63,779 nt of DNA, filler included, from Choristocarpus tenellus KU-1152 (GCA_964200185.2; 10 parts of 10 records of this genome joined end to end with filler, not necessarily neighbours in it); one strand, 5' to 3'. Numbered from the whole stretch's first letter, positions 50,062 to 62,815 are shown. Notes: generated by a model from the sequence alone, not told the origin. Numbers and translations: made by a program.

Positions 50062-51862
50062 CTGCACGCGTTGTTGAGTCTTGTTATTGCCCCAGGGTTA
50101 GGTGTGGAAGGGAACACGAGATCATTCAGGGCATCGGGGGATGCAAGAAGGTGGATCGAGTACAGGGATACATCGGGTGAGCGCTTGGGTTGTTCATCAA
50201 CAAGGACATTAGATACACACACACACACACACACACACCACGCCCTCCAAGTAGCAAACCATGGCAATTAGGTTCCTACTGTACTACTCACCTTTTCCAT
50301 GCGTTGACTGATCGATCGATGCTTGTGCAACTGGCGCAGCAGCAGGAGACTGTTTTGAGCCCTTGCTTGCCCAAAACATATCGCATGCACACCGTAAATC
50401 ATACGTTTGTGTGTTGAGTGTCAACATTTCACAAGCAGCGGGTGGAGGTAGGGGGAGGGGGAGGGGGGGGGGATGCAGGAGGTAAATTTCAAAACTCCAA
50501 AATTAAGGAAATTCTCAAATACATACATTAAAAAAAAATCAAACGTGCTCCTGCATCAGCGGGGAGCTGGGGAATTTAACCCTGCCCCTATTGTAACCCT
50601 AACCCTATTCAAAGGTCGAAATTTTGTGGCCTTGTTGGTCTTGCTTCACACACATCGGTTGTGTGTGTGTCCCCATGGGCATTAACGTTTTAGGGTTAGG
50701 GCTAATAATGAAATTGAGGATTTTTGGTCAGCGGATAATAATAATTATAATAACAATAATAATAATATGCAGGCAGGTTGCAAGGGTTTCAATGGCGGTC
50801 ATAGATGTCAAGGGGAAGGGTAGTGAGCTTCTTGGAATATCTGCATCTGTCGGGGATGAAGCCAATAAATTTTAAAAAAGCTGAGGAGCACACAGTGCAC
50901 TTACACATGCAGAGCTCCCTCTCTCTCCCTCTCAGTGTACACAAACCAACTTAAAATAGGGTATGTCCTCCTCATGAATGATACCCCCTTTCTCCGATAG
51001 CACAGGTTAAGTAAGACGCGAATGCACTCGCCTAGTGAGATCACCTCATTAGAAACACCTGCGACCTAACCCTAAATCTAACCCCAACCCCAACCCTATG
51101 ATGCTTAGCTCAGTCAACGTCTCGCTTTTCGCTTATAAAAAGAGGTAACATCAAAAGAACTGAGGGGGCAAAGTTAGAGCCCTAACCTTAACCCTAGAAA
51201 ATTAGTGGGATCGTTTCAACTATCTCATTTTGCACAAAAAAAAAACCTTGAGGAACGAATCCATAATAACTTGAACTCATTTTCAAAACTTTCAATAATG
51301 ATCGGTTCCACTGAGAAATTTCTAGCAGGATTTTTTTTCTAATTACTGTTTTAGAGAGTATATGTGTGTGTGTGTGTGTGTGTATTCAGCAACTAGAAAA
51401 CAATAGAGATCTTGATGGTCAGCAAAAATTAGAACGGGTTTCCGGCAACTTCGTTTGCGTGAATGGACAACGAGACTGATTCCAGAATCAGGTTAGCTTC
51501 ACCTTAAGGTATATTTTCAGTATTATTATAAATATTATTAATAGTAGTAGTACTAGTAGTAGTATTGTTATCATTAATAGTAGTACTAGTAGCAGTATTG
51601 TCATTATTAGTATTATTAGTATTAATTGTAATAATATTATTATTAATAATAATCATACTATTTACATGAGTCATAAAAAAGAAGTGGCAATGGGAAACCT
51701 TTGAGTTGCAAATTACTGTCTGCCTCAACATATAGGTGTTGGCGACATAGCAATTAATGTGTCAGCAAAATCAAAATAAATAAATGCACACAGAAATCAA
51801 AATCAAATTTGACGTAATTTATTTTTTTTGAAAAGTAAAAAAAAAAAACTCTTCGCTGATGA

Positions 51863-51965
51863 GGGTCCTCGCGGCTCAATGGTTAACGCAGCGGATGTGT
51901 CCCAAAAAAATGTAAACGGGCTCAACCCTTCAACACCAGACTCATCTCAACAGCAATTTTCTGTT
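51863..51965 (+). mobile_element. tRNA-derived SINE-like element, copy 2
   Basis: ctcgcggctcaatggtt...cgggctcaaccct..ccagact aligns with copy 1. Confidence 0.5.
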
Positions 51966-52374
51966 CTGAATGATACGCTTATTCCACGCGGCAAGCTCAA
52001 CAACGGATGATAAACCCGCCCTGTCACTCTCTGTGGCCTTACCACAATAATAATAATAATAACAAGAATAAGAACAAGAATAATAATACCATTAACAACA
52101 ACACTACTAATAACAATAATAATAAAAATAAAAATAAAAATAATAATAATAATAATAATAACAACAACAACAACAAAACATCATACCAAAATCAACACGG
52201 AAACTTCAGGGCAGGTCCTGGTCCGGTAGGAAATTCCAGGAAAAAAGAACGAAGAGACAGGCTGCTTGCTGCGGGAGAGCTGAGCCCACCGCGTGAGAAG
52301 CGAACCAGGAAGGGATACAGCAGGGGTGTTAGTCGTAGCCGTAGTGGCAGTACGAAAGCTAAGCTGGCAGTTAC

Positions 52375-52479
52375 CGCAATTAGTAGTGCAATTAGTAGTG
52401 ACGCAATTAGTAGTGCAATTAGTAGTGACGCAATTAGTAGTGCAATTAGTAGTGCAATTAGTAGTGCAATTAGTAGTGC
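52375..52479 (+). repeat. Minisatellite (gcaattagtagt)n with occasional gac insertion
   Basis: Eight 12-mer units visible; (AAT/AAC)n tract at 52045-52177. Confidence 0.9.
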
Positions 52480-52802
52480 CAGTGTGCGATGCCTCTGACC
52501 ACGGATCAGCCCGATCACCAAACCAACGCAACCACGAAATCATTAGTTTTTTTTTTAACTTAAAAAAATATATATACATATATATATATATTATATATAT
52601 ATTTAATATTGGGAAAGGTTGTACCCTAAAATCCCGTGCGGGATCAGTGTGTGCCATATACTGCAGCAAGCGTACGAGCCCACCCGGGGGTGAAAAAGAA
52701 AACTCCAACAAAACTCCACTATTTGAGTGATGTGCTCCATGTAAAAAAACAAAAACAAAAAAACAGGAGACGTAAGATTGGAACGCACGCACCCCTTCTT
52801 GG

Positions 52803-53742
52803 CCTTCACCTTCAAGGGATACCCTCGTCTTGTTCACCGCGGGGAAGGAGGGTCAGCGCCGTGAATTGTTCAACACCCTGCTAAGGCGATGATCCCGAAC
52901 CATCAATAGGAAGGAGATATATATATATATATTCATCTGCATGCAAGAGGTGCCCGAGGTCACCGTGCTGTCCCTCAACCTACCACCGCACGCCCCTGGA
53001 CAATATGATCGGCCTATTGTGACTCTCAGCCTGGACCCTGGGCACATACCTTGCTATCGTCCACATGTGGGAGAGCTATTGGACAGCGAGATAATCATTG
53101 GATAAGAGGGTCCACACGAACACGCACATCACCACCATGCTGACGGAACATCAGATCAATGACCTCCTTCCCTTCCGGTTCCCAGCCGAATACCAACTGA
53201 ACTACGCAGTTGTGATCGGCAATCTGAACTCTTATCGCGCTTGTATGCAGAAAATAAATAAATAAGTAAGTAAATAAATAAATAAATAAAGTGTTTAGTA
53301 CATTATCGCAGAATCGTGTGCCCGACTTAGGAGCTGATTGCAGGTACGCCTTTGCAGTCGCTGTTTGTCTGGGGGAACTGCAAGTGAAGGAGGTAACAGA
53401 GATGATCATCCGTCAGCACGTTGATGCAAGTGTTTATGCGGACCCTTTTGTGTAACTACGATCTCATTGTCCAATAGCTCTCCCACTTGTGGACGATAGC
53501 AAGGTATGTGCCCAGGGTCCAGGCTGAGAGTCACAACAGGTCGATCATATTGCCCAGGGGCGTGCGGTGGTAGGTTGAGGGACAGCACGGTGACCTCGGG
53601 CACCTCTTGCATGCAGATGAATCTCACTCTCCTTTCTATTAACGGTTCAGGATAACCGCCTTAGTAGGGTGTTGAACAATTTATGGCAATGTCCCTTCTT
53701 CACCGTGGTGTACAAGGTGAGGGTATCCCTTGAAGGTGAAGG
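52803..53742. repeat. Long inverted repeat (arms 52803-53147 and 53409-53742); candidate hairpin RNA locus
   Basis: Perfect reverse-complement blocks: 52931-52999 with 53554-53622 (69 bp) and 53017-53065 with 53488-53536 (49 bp). Confidence 0.95.
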
Positions 53743-53829
53743 TTAAGGTGTGACTTGATACTGAATAAACAGGGTGGGTGAAGAGTGAACGGCATCGGAG
53801 CGGGTGGTGTGGCTTCAACCATTTTGAAA

Positions 53830-54444
53830 TCGTCTCTTGAATTCAAATTTTGAGTCATCCCTAATCACGACCAATGACAGTACTAACCCAAGGTACTTCC
53901 ATCCAGTTTGCCAACATCAGTACATGAGGTCTGGGTCACTTACCACACAAGAGTAGTTCGCCAGCCTTCCTCAATCTTCCAAGATATTAAAGAAGGCGAA
54001 CCTTAAAGTATCTCCTCAAATACCCGACTTTCTGCATCTGACTACAAACCTTGAGTAAAACTCAAAAAAATGGTCGCCTCATTGTAACTGACACCCTGCA
54101 GTCACTGCAAAAGTCTTTCCAAATGAGCCATCCTCTGGCAAGATCAAGTGTGTACCATGCTTGGTGATTTTTTCAGCGCATATAGAAAGAGAACGTAGCA
54201 CATTTCTAAGGCAGTATCATTTACCGATCGATTGCTAACAGAGAGGATGGACCTGTACGTATTAGTGAGTGTGATTTCATTGAATGTGCTGACAGAGAGT
54301 TGTGGTCGGAATTCCTCTCCTACCTGCACTGCAAAACAATACCTGACTCACCAAAGAGGATGGAGAGTAGAGTATGAAACAGGCCTAGAAGGTATCAAGG
54401 ATACATGCCTCCAGGTACATTTACGTACATCGTGCTTGAATTAC
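53830..54444 (-). mobile_element. Decayed LINE reverse transcriptase remnant
   Basis: YRSILS (YRPIS-like) and WKYLGL motifs in RT order. Confidence 0.4.
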
Positions 54445-54544
54445 NNNNNNNNNNNNNNNNNNNNNNNNNNNNNNNNNNNNNNNNNNNNTTAATTAATTAA
54501 NNNNNNNNNNNNNNNNNNNNNNNNNNNNNNNNNNNNNNNNNNNN

Positions 54545-56230
54545 AGTAAGAAAAAAGATTTAAAATCAGAAAGTGTATCTGAAGAAGTTTAATAAAAAAA
54601 TAGTTCAAGTAAAATGATCTACAGGCATAGTTAAATCCAAAGTGGGGGTCGCATCACCTATGTATTTGTGCACTAACTTAGGAGGCAACCTCTCGATACT
54701 TCGCAACCATATCAGCACATTGAGGCACCTCTTCGGGTCTTTCGATAAGTCACTTGTAGCAGTGAAATCAGAGAGGCTTATCCGATAGATAGCATTATCA
54801 GGGGATGGACGAAACGGTCCCTTCTCATGCGCTACAAGACCCTCAACAACCTAGATTCCCAGCACAATCTAGTTATCCTCCCCTTGAATAACATCTAGTT
54901 CAGGTAACACTCTCTACGTATGAACAAGGAGTCCAACTCTGTTGCCTCTGACTCCATTTCATTAGCAGTGATGCGAGGTTTTAATTGGGTGAGGAGATCA
55001 CTTCTAACAATCCCGTGCCCTTTTTACGCAGTATACAATATGTGAAACTTGAGAAATGGTTTGATAAGAACCTGCCCAAGGACAGAAGTTTGGGATCAGT
55101 ACCATCTGATTTGGTACGATAAGGTTTGCGTAACCATACAAATATCCCTGAGTCATACCCAGGAAAAGAAAAAGAAAAAAACCTTACTCTTCCTGTGACG
55201 CACGTCCAAGGAGATTACGACAGGCTAATTCAGTGGCAAATTGTAACTGCGTAACCTCCAGGACATACAGGCATAGCTTCAGAGACTCCTATGGACCGTA
55301 GAGGACAACGCTCAAACACCAATAAAAACAGATATTTCTTAAACGGTGGCATTGTATGCTGCATTATGGGCTAGTTGAGGGGACACGTTCCAACACACTA
55401 ACAACCTGTAGCCCGTGTGGGGTTATTTTAGTCTCCACAAATCCGTAGTACCACTGCAATTTACGTAAAGGTTTGTTCTCCAATTATGATCCTTGATCCG
55501 AGTGTAAGGACTGTGGTGGGTTAATAAATGAGAAAATTCGATCCACCACTGTTTATTCTTGCTATCTGACAAACCTGTCAGAACGACAAAACGAGCGGTA
55601 GGTAGCAAGGGAAAAAGTGGTGCGGATGTTTCAGGTAAAAAGCGCGAGCATTTCTTCTCGTGTTCTAGCAAGTGCGAGCAGTATACGAAATTACTAGCAC
55701 ATAGGTGGCCTTACAGAATAAACGCTGATTTCTTAGAAGATGGAAAGTAAGATTCGAAAAGCATATGTAACATTACAGAAGAAACGTCAATTCCTAGAAG
55801 TTGCAGAATAAAGTCTTATGATTGTAGTATGCATACAGCAGTTTCCAGATGTCTTTTAACTTGTAGTCTGTAGAAATCGGGTGGATGATGAAAATATACG
55901 ACGAGTGTTTTTGAGGACCACCCAACACACACTTTGTCATTTTATTATCTTGAGTGAAACATTAAGTTAGGCTTTAAGCTAAGCACTGAGTGAAGCAACG
56001 AGAGAAGAGTGTCTGACACCCCAAATAGGCGTCGCCCGAGGCCGCACCCCCATAGCATTGTTAAGGTCATTGTATTTGAGTTTCACATCCTGTGGAGGTG
56101 AGTTCGGGAGTGTGCTGTAACACGGATTGTTACAGCATAGGCTACCCATTTGATTTGTTTTGATACGATACATTATCATCAGTCCATGCTGAAAGTTGAT
56201 TTGTCCATTGTAATGGTCGCTATTCACAAA
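54545..56230 (-). mobile_element. Decayed LINE (RT C-terminal half and downstream)
   Basis: AWTDD and AYLG relics at FADD/YLG spacing; many stops. Confidence 0.4.
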
Positions 56231-56249
56231 ATGTCTGTTAGGAAGTGTC

Positions 56250-57410
56250 AATATTATATTATTATGCCTTCTGACATTTTGTAGATGCGTCAGGAGGGAA
56301 ACCAATGAAAACTATTCTCATGTCAGTATAAGACCTAAAGAAATGAAATGTCACAAATGTGAAAACCACCAATCTATTTTTTTTTTCACTACTATCTATG
56401 TTGTACCACTCCCTTCCTGCGCCTCCAATCCACCTATTCCTGTGCCTCAGGTTGAGGAGCTAGGGAGGCATCCCAAGAATCCAACAAAACGAGTGAAATT
56501 ATCTTGGAGGGTATGAGATTTGCCCTGTTTGTCCATTTGGGGCTTGGATTCCCAAGGGTTATTAATGACATTTTACCTACTCCGAAATGTTTTGGAGTAG
56601 GTAATGTGTATGTTATGAAAAGGTGTGTCTGCCACAAGAACATTGACATCTCCTAACAAACATGATGCCAAAATGACATCAAACGTTCAACGTTGGATTT
56701 TGGCCCCCAAACGGACGCGGCTCTACCCTTTAACATAACTTGACCCAAATCCCTCCGTGCCCATCTCCCTGGTGACTCCAGCTTAAAACGCATGACACGT
56801 CTAGACAGCGCCACTTGCGTAGTTAACTGAGACAAATTGGCGTAGCCGGGATTTAACTGCCCCTTTCATGCTATATCCTCCGGTTCGTTTCCCCCCCCAC
56901 CATATGCGTAGGCAGCTCATCCAGGAAGCATTCCGCTTGCTTGCTGAGGCGCCCAAAACTTTCCACCGCGAAGGTGTTGAGGTTATAACTACGAGGATCA
57001 AAGGAGCCCTCATAGTGGGTGCGCTTTCGAGCCTCAGCTGCAGTAGCAGCTACACCATTGCTGACGGATGGGTGTGCAAGATGGGAGGTTGCCTGAACTT
57101 CTGCAAGTGTAACATCAAGCAGAAGGCATTTGTCCTGGTAGGGAGCTGTTCCAGCGTCCGCCAGTGCCCCTGCATGAAAACCAGATCCATGCGGAGATTT
57201 CTATCTACCGTGAAGGGGCTGTCGACCTCCGTAGTGCAAGGGATGTCCATTCCCTAGCATAGTTGGCTTAGGCATTTCACCATTGGAGTGTGCTGTGGAA
57301 CCTGTTCTCCTGCCCTAGGGCAGGTACGGGCATATCTGGTGTTGACATTTTGGACAATGGACCTCGTCATCTGTGACAAATACATATCCATTTTCTGAGG
57401 GCACGCATGA
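56250..57410 (-). mobile_element. CRE-like non-LTR retrotransposon, copy 3 (zinc knuckle, endonuclease, 3' UTR)
   Basis: CPKC..YARTCPRAG...QH, then RMDLVF..LLDVT. DNA aligns with 41208-41865 including the catct.caaaatgtcaga.ggcataataat tail. Confidence 0.85.
56491..56746. mobile_element. MITE subfamily B nested in CRE-like LINE copy 3
   Basis: Interrupts the LINE motif gggcacggaggg|ttggattcttgggatgcc, which is continuous in the copies at ~3690 and ~41620. Confidence 0.85.
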
Positions 57411-58388
57411 TGGCTTCTTGGAGATCGTTGTCTCCAGTAGACGTCAGGAAGATGATTCCTGAGAGATACACATCAATGTCGTCAAGGACAAGCAGTGTTC
57501 CATCAAAATCCAAGAACAGTCACGCTCTCGTAGCTGGAAGTTCAACCCCTGGAATTTCAAGACACGAAAGAGTCAGCCTCGTCGTAACTGCCAAGACCGT
57601 TGAGGAGGACGTACATTTCATCGGGAAAAGAAGAAGAATGATTCTAATTCCAACCCAAGAAATACGGAGAAACTTCCTTGTGAGAGGTATGGCAAGAATG
57701 GACACGAGGAGGTAGCTTTCCCAAGTCGCATTTGCACCAAATGTGACGGGCATACTGTTGAAACCTGAATCCGAATGAATTATGCTTTCTTGTGGGGTCA
57801 AAGTATCTTGGGGGGGGGGGGGTCAGCGTCCGTTTTTTACCCTTTTTTCGATTTTCCTTTTTTGGTGTGGTTTGGTCGCTTGTGTCGGTTTTGAAATTTN
57901 NNNNNNNNNNNNNNNNNNNNNNNNNNNNNNNNNNNNNNNNNNNTTAATTAATTAANNNNNNNNNNNNNNNNNNNNNNNNNNNNNNNNNNNNNNNNNNNNC
58001 TCCCTATGCATCTTGACATCAACAGGGATACACTGATTTCTTTGTTTGGGGCGCTGGGGATGAGATTAAGGGAGGGGGGAGAGGCTGGTGAGAGGGGGTA
58101 TGGCATACCTGCACGTGGTGGTGATGGGAGTGAGGCTGTTGTGAGGAGGGTAAGGCCATGAGACCAGAAAGGCTGAATCGACCAAACCACTTGTTTGAAA
58201 GATGTCTTCGATATTGTTTCTCCACACAGGCAACCACCTCAAATGTTTTTCTTGCCGTTTCAAGCACAACCATGCTTTGTAGGAACGTTCATCATCACGC
58301 TGGCCTTAAAATCGCCTCCCTTTGAATCCTAATATTCCTGCTTCCGTGTGATGCGCTTTGTCTCCCTTGTGTGTACCAACATCTTCAG

Positions 58389-58571
58389 TTGATGGAAGAG
58401 TACTCAACAGTCAACACCACTGAGGGTAGTGGAAATCGAACAGGTGTCACTAGTGACAACAAAGGAGGGGCTGCTGTCCCTACACCTCGGCGTGGCCCCA
58501 TTGGTCCAGCTATGCCCTCACAAGCCGTCCTTGCCCAGGCCAAGGAAGCTGCAGCAAAGTATTCCCAGCTG
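58389..58571 (+). CDS. GPALPP1: GPALPP1/DUF3752-like protein, internal exon
   Basis: RRGPIGPAMPS motif; cttcag acceptor, GTGCGC donor, phase 0. Confidence 0.7.
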
Positions 58572-59049
58572 GTGCGCAGCAACACACCACCGTGCACTTG
58601 CAGGCAATTTTTTTCCCAAAGTTAGAATTGTCTCCGATATTGATGGTGTTCTGTACATTTTATTTTATTTTTCTTTGAGGAAGTTACTGTGCCACGGCCT
58701 TTGTGTGAGAGGGTCTCCTCGACTTTGTACGTTTGTGCAATGTAATCCTCGAACTAAAACCTTGAACTATTTTGTAGTGGTATTTTGTAGTGGTTATAGT
58801 GGTGCACTGTTGAGAGGTACAGAAGCAAGTACCAACATGTGGTTATCCGTAGATTTATTGTTGTTGCTGCATACAAGGTGCTGTACTTGGTGTAGCTAAA
58901 TGAAGATGTACTTGAAATTGTTGGTGGGATTTCCCTTTCACTGATGTTAAGGGGTGCAGGTTGTTGTCACCCTCTCCCTGGCATTAAAATTTGATGTTTC
59001 ATTGATTTTTTATGATGTTTGGATGTTTGTATTGCCGTGTTTTTAGCAG

Positions 59050-59126
59050 GAAGAACTCTCTTCATCTGATGAGGACGAGGTTGGCCCAGCTGTGGCAGGA
59101 AAGGCAAAACGGGTTGCAGAAGCGAG
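59050..59126 (+). CDS. GPALPP1: GPALPP1/DUF3752-like protein, internal exon
   Basis: EELSSSDEDEVGPAV; tagcag acceptor, GTAGG donor. Confidence 0.75.
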
Positions 59127-59717
59127 GTAGGTTGTAGGTTGTCCTACACACAGGAGATATTCAAGTCTCCCCTGCAGCTTCTAATTCTATCCCTACATGG
59201 TTCTCTCTGGAAGGTTACCTGAGCCTAAAGGTGCATTTTGAAGGTATTGCCATTCAATGTATATTTTTTGTAGTATGGAATTATGGTAGAGGCCTACCAG
59301 TACATGGCAAAGTATTGATGTGTATGCTGTTCTTGTTGATCGTTCTTGTTGGCAAGGGGATGGCTACTGTGACCGTTAACAAAATTCTCAGTAGAATAAG
59401 TGCATGTGCTATCATAAGTGCCTTTGCAGCTGCAGGTGGCAGGCTCTGGAGGCATCGGTAGTGGGTTTGTAGTTGAATTTTCAATGTGAAGACCAAACCT
59501 GTGGTGTGAACCAGGCACCAAAGAAGCACTTTCTTATCTCAAGTTCGTTTCACAGGTGCAGGAATCATATCCAACCTGTCTTTCCTCTTAACCCACTTAT
59601 TCCTCATCCTTTCAAGTGTCTTCTTCACATGTGCTGATGTGAAATGTAGTGCCAATGGAACACGGTCATGAGTGCATGACTGATAGTGTCACCTATTTTT
59701 CTTATTTTTCTTCACAG

Positions 59718-59829
59718 AATGGACCCAAATAATGATAAGCGTCAGAGGAGGAAGGAGCTGCAACGGGCAGCAGAATGGGAAAAGGTTACAGGAGTCATTA
59801 CAGGGGGGCAGGCTGCTCTGGACAAGGAG
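59718..59829 (+). CDS. GPALPP1: GPALPP1/DUF3752-like protein, internal exon
   Basis: MDPNNDKRQRRKELQRAAEWEKV; ttcacag acceptor, GTGAGT donor, phase 2 in fits. Confidence 0.75.
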
Positions 59830-60200
59830 GTGAGTCCCTGTTACCATCCTGGCATTAACCAACTCTTACATGCCTGTATCATCTCATATCACATACGCAT
59901 GGAGAAAATTGCCTGACTCCTGCTTGACTCCAGATTTAGACTTGAGGTATCCTATTGCCTGGTGCAACTACGTGTCTGCCCAAGGCAACCAATACTTCAA
60001 TGAGAGTGTTTTTTGTTTGCATTCCACAAGTTTTTCCTCTACTTACTGTGAGCTGATGACGCCCCATGTTGTCTAGTTTCTCTGAACTTGAATTTATCTG
60101 TCATGAGAGTAGTCATGCATATATGTAAATAACACTGAGCGGATGGAGAAGGGTCACAAGTTGCACAGGTAACAAATAGAACACACCCTACTTCTGGCAG

Positions 60201-60307
60201 GACGCCAATCCTGGAGGACGAGAGCAATGGATGCTGGATCCACCAAAGTCCTTGGGGGTCCTAGGTACACTGAAGACACTTCAACCGACCAACCGGAAGT
60301 TTTCCAC
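60201..60307 (+). CDS. GPALPP1: GPALPP1/DUF3752-like protein, exon with RExWM motif
   Basis: GREQWMLDPP...NRKF matches the REEWMxxPP/RxF segment at the start of DUF3752. GTGAGT donor. Confidence 0.75.
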
Positions 60308-60689
60308 GTGAGTTTGTTGGCTTTTTCTGTTTTGTTACACATGATGCCTTTTGAAAGGTTGCGTATCATATATTATACTGATGATCACACTTTGAGTACC
60401 GCAGTGTCATCAAGTACTGAATAATTTGTGGGATTCCACTTGCTCAATCGGTTACAGAAATTTCTTGAATTCTCAGGGTCAAAGTATCTGGGGGGGGGGG
60501 GGGTTGTGGGGGGGTGTCCATTTCGGTGAAACAACTCTTTTTTTTGCTGACNNNNNNNNNNNNNNNNNNNNNNNNNNNNNNNNNNNNNNNNNNNNTTAAT
60601 TAATTAANNNNNNNNNNNNNNNNNNNNNNNNNNNNNNNNNNNNNNNNNNNNCCCCCCCCACAGATACTTTTGGTCTCACAGTAGAGCAA

Positions 60690-61720
60690 AAAAAGGGGAT
60701 CAAGCCAATCGCAGAGGTTTGCTATTTGGGATACACATTTCAACATTATGGTGCTCACACAATAAATTTGGCGTACTCTGGGCGCTTGAAGTACTGCAGG
60801 TATTCCAGAAATCGCAGGAATGCGGGGTCATCGAGAAACCCATTTTGCGCGAGGTCTGCCGCGAAGGTTGTTGTGGGAGGTGTAGTCTCAAGATCAGGGA
60901 GTGGTTGAGGAATGGCCTTCCTGACCATCTTGGCCGTGGAGTGGGATCTTGTGGGGGTAGGGTGTTAGAATCAAACTTTGTTTTCGATTGATAAGTTAAA
61001 CCGCTCTCCAAGGGTACACCTACAACATCATGAAATCTTCTATTGCTGCTAGACCTTGACTGGTGGACTGAATGATCAAAAGTACGGCAATGTCTATCAG
61101 GAACGGGATTCCAATGGTCTCCTGAACACCACTCGGCTACTTGGCCTTAAGATCTAACTCCATCGGTCAGCGGTGTCATTTCTCCTTCACCCGCTCTGGA
61201 GAGCCGGAAATTTGTCGAAAATACTACACAAAATTGAACCAATATCTTCAATGTCTTTGTCCACCTAATCTCGAGGCCAAAATAGTCATACTTTCCTGAA
61301 GAAAATCTCCTAAGCTATCACAATTTCCCTGTAGCTAGTTCCCCGGATACAAATGATCGATCAGCTTGTATGGAATTCCATTGAGTATCAGGGTCGGTGA
61401 GATTCTCGACTTTGGATCCTGAGAGATTTCGGGTAAGATGCATCCAGAAAAAGGACTAGAAACTAACTGACAAGTGTTTCCAAATACGTGACATAAGGTT
61501 TGTCAATAATGAAAAAATATTCGATATCTGAATTAGAACGCGGGGAGAGAGGGGGGTGGCGATAGACGGGTCAGAAGGGATGGCAGTCTCTCAAAACGGT
61601 CTCACAATGCAGATATTCTGGGCTAGCGAGGCAGTTCATGAGCTCCAGTTCCATCTCGAACCGAGTTCCAGCCTCCCGCGCTGCTCTACATGTCTCCTTT
61701 AGAGACATCTCATATCCTCT
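60690..61720 (-). mobile_element. Decayed L1/Tx1-like LINE C-terminal region
   Basis: Stop-riddled coding-like sequence with a QETI..PF...C relic resembling zf-RVT. Weak. Confidence 0.35.
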
Positions 61721-62205
61721 TGTCACTAACCACTCTTCCTGCGTAGTGGGTTCCGTCTTCCTTACTGCCCACCACCTACTATATCTAGTTCTCTTGATAT
61801 GTGATGTTGGAGTTTGTGATTTGTGATACTTACATTATCATAGTAAGTTGTTGGAAGTTGCTCCAGAGCCCCATTGTGAAGCTACAGAGCAAAGCCATTA
61901 GATATGTCTTCCAACTTCAAACTCCATCGAACACTACAGACTTACCTTGCTTCTCAGTTCACCAGGAAATGCTCCATTTTGCTTTTTTACTCGGACTATG
62001 GACTAATGCCTGTTCGTCCTAGAAGAACCAGACAACAGGGTGGTCGATTTCAGTGGTAGAGAAGTCATGTAAGTTTGGATATTTTGTGACTAACCACTCT
62101 TCCTGCGCAGTAGTGGATTCCCTCGTCCTTAATTCCCACCACCCTGTGCAGCTACTACTACTAATGTTGTCTGATGTTAGAGCGTCTAGTTCACAATACT
62201 TTTAT

Positions 62206-62815
62206 CTGGTAAAATAGCGTCTGAGGCAGATTGCTACGCCTACTCACTAAAAAACATGTTCTGAATGGTGTTGATAACAGTTAACTTAGAGAGTATAGTT
62301 ACTATACTAGTATTAGCAGTACACAGTAAGAGTAACAGCAAGACACACACAATGGAGTGGAGACATTGTATTGAAACTCCATCCTCTTCTTGCAGGTCTA
62401 CCTGGTAATATATTTTGTACAGAGGGTATATATAGTAAATGGGAAGGAGCAATGAGCCAAAGTTAGAGAGAGGCACCCAGGACTGCATTTTAAGGATGCT
62501 GACATATCATATTATGTACAAAATTAGGTTAATTGTACAAATAGTTAAAGGAACTTGCTTCCCTCGATTCTATCGAACGTTTTCAAAATGATAGTGAAAT
62601 CAACGCTCTCAAGTCATCCTGAGCTCTTCCATAGAAATAAGGGTGAACTTGGAAAATATGGAAAATTGGGTTTGAATGCGTATCAGCCAAACTTGGGTAC
62701 CTCTCGCTTACTTTGGCTCAGTAGTAGATAATGTGGTAATTTTAACACCATTCAGAACATGTTACTTGTTTTTAATTAGTAGGCGTAACAAGCTGTCTCA
62801 GACGCCACTTTACTA
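62206..62815. mobile_element. Non-autonomous element with ~70-bp imperfect terminal inverted repeats
   Basis: gcgtctgag.cag.ttg.tacgcctact..aacatgttctgaatggtgtt at 62217-62272 is mirrored at 62744-62805. Confidence 0.65.

Noticed and set aside
51855-51920. Hammerhead- or HDV-like words (ctgatgag, tcctcgc) and an L1-like NVNGLN peptide
   Set aside because: The required helices cannot be formed; the segment is better explained as the tRNA-derived SINE head and B box.
52007-52498. 163-aa N-rich/AISS-repeat ORF and overlapping ORFs
   Set aside because: The frames stay open because of (AAT/AAC)n and 12-mer repeats; no domain or splice support.
57407-57790. Protein-like ORFs next to LINE copy 3
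   Set aside because: No motif, splice signal or second copy allows an assignment.
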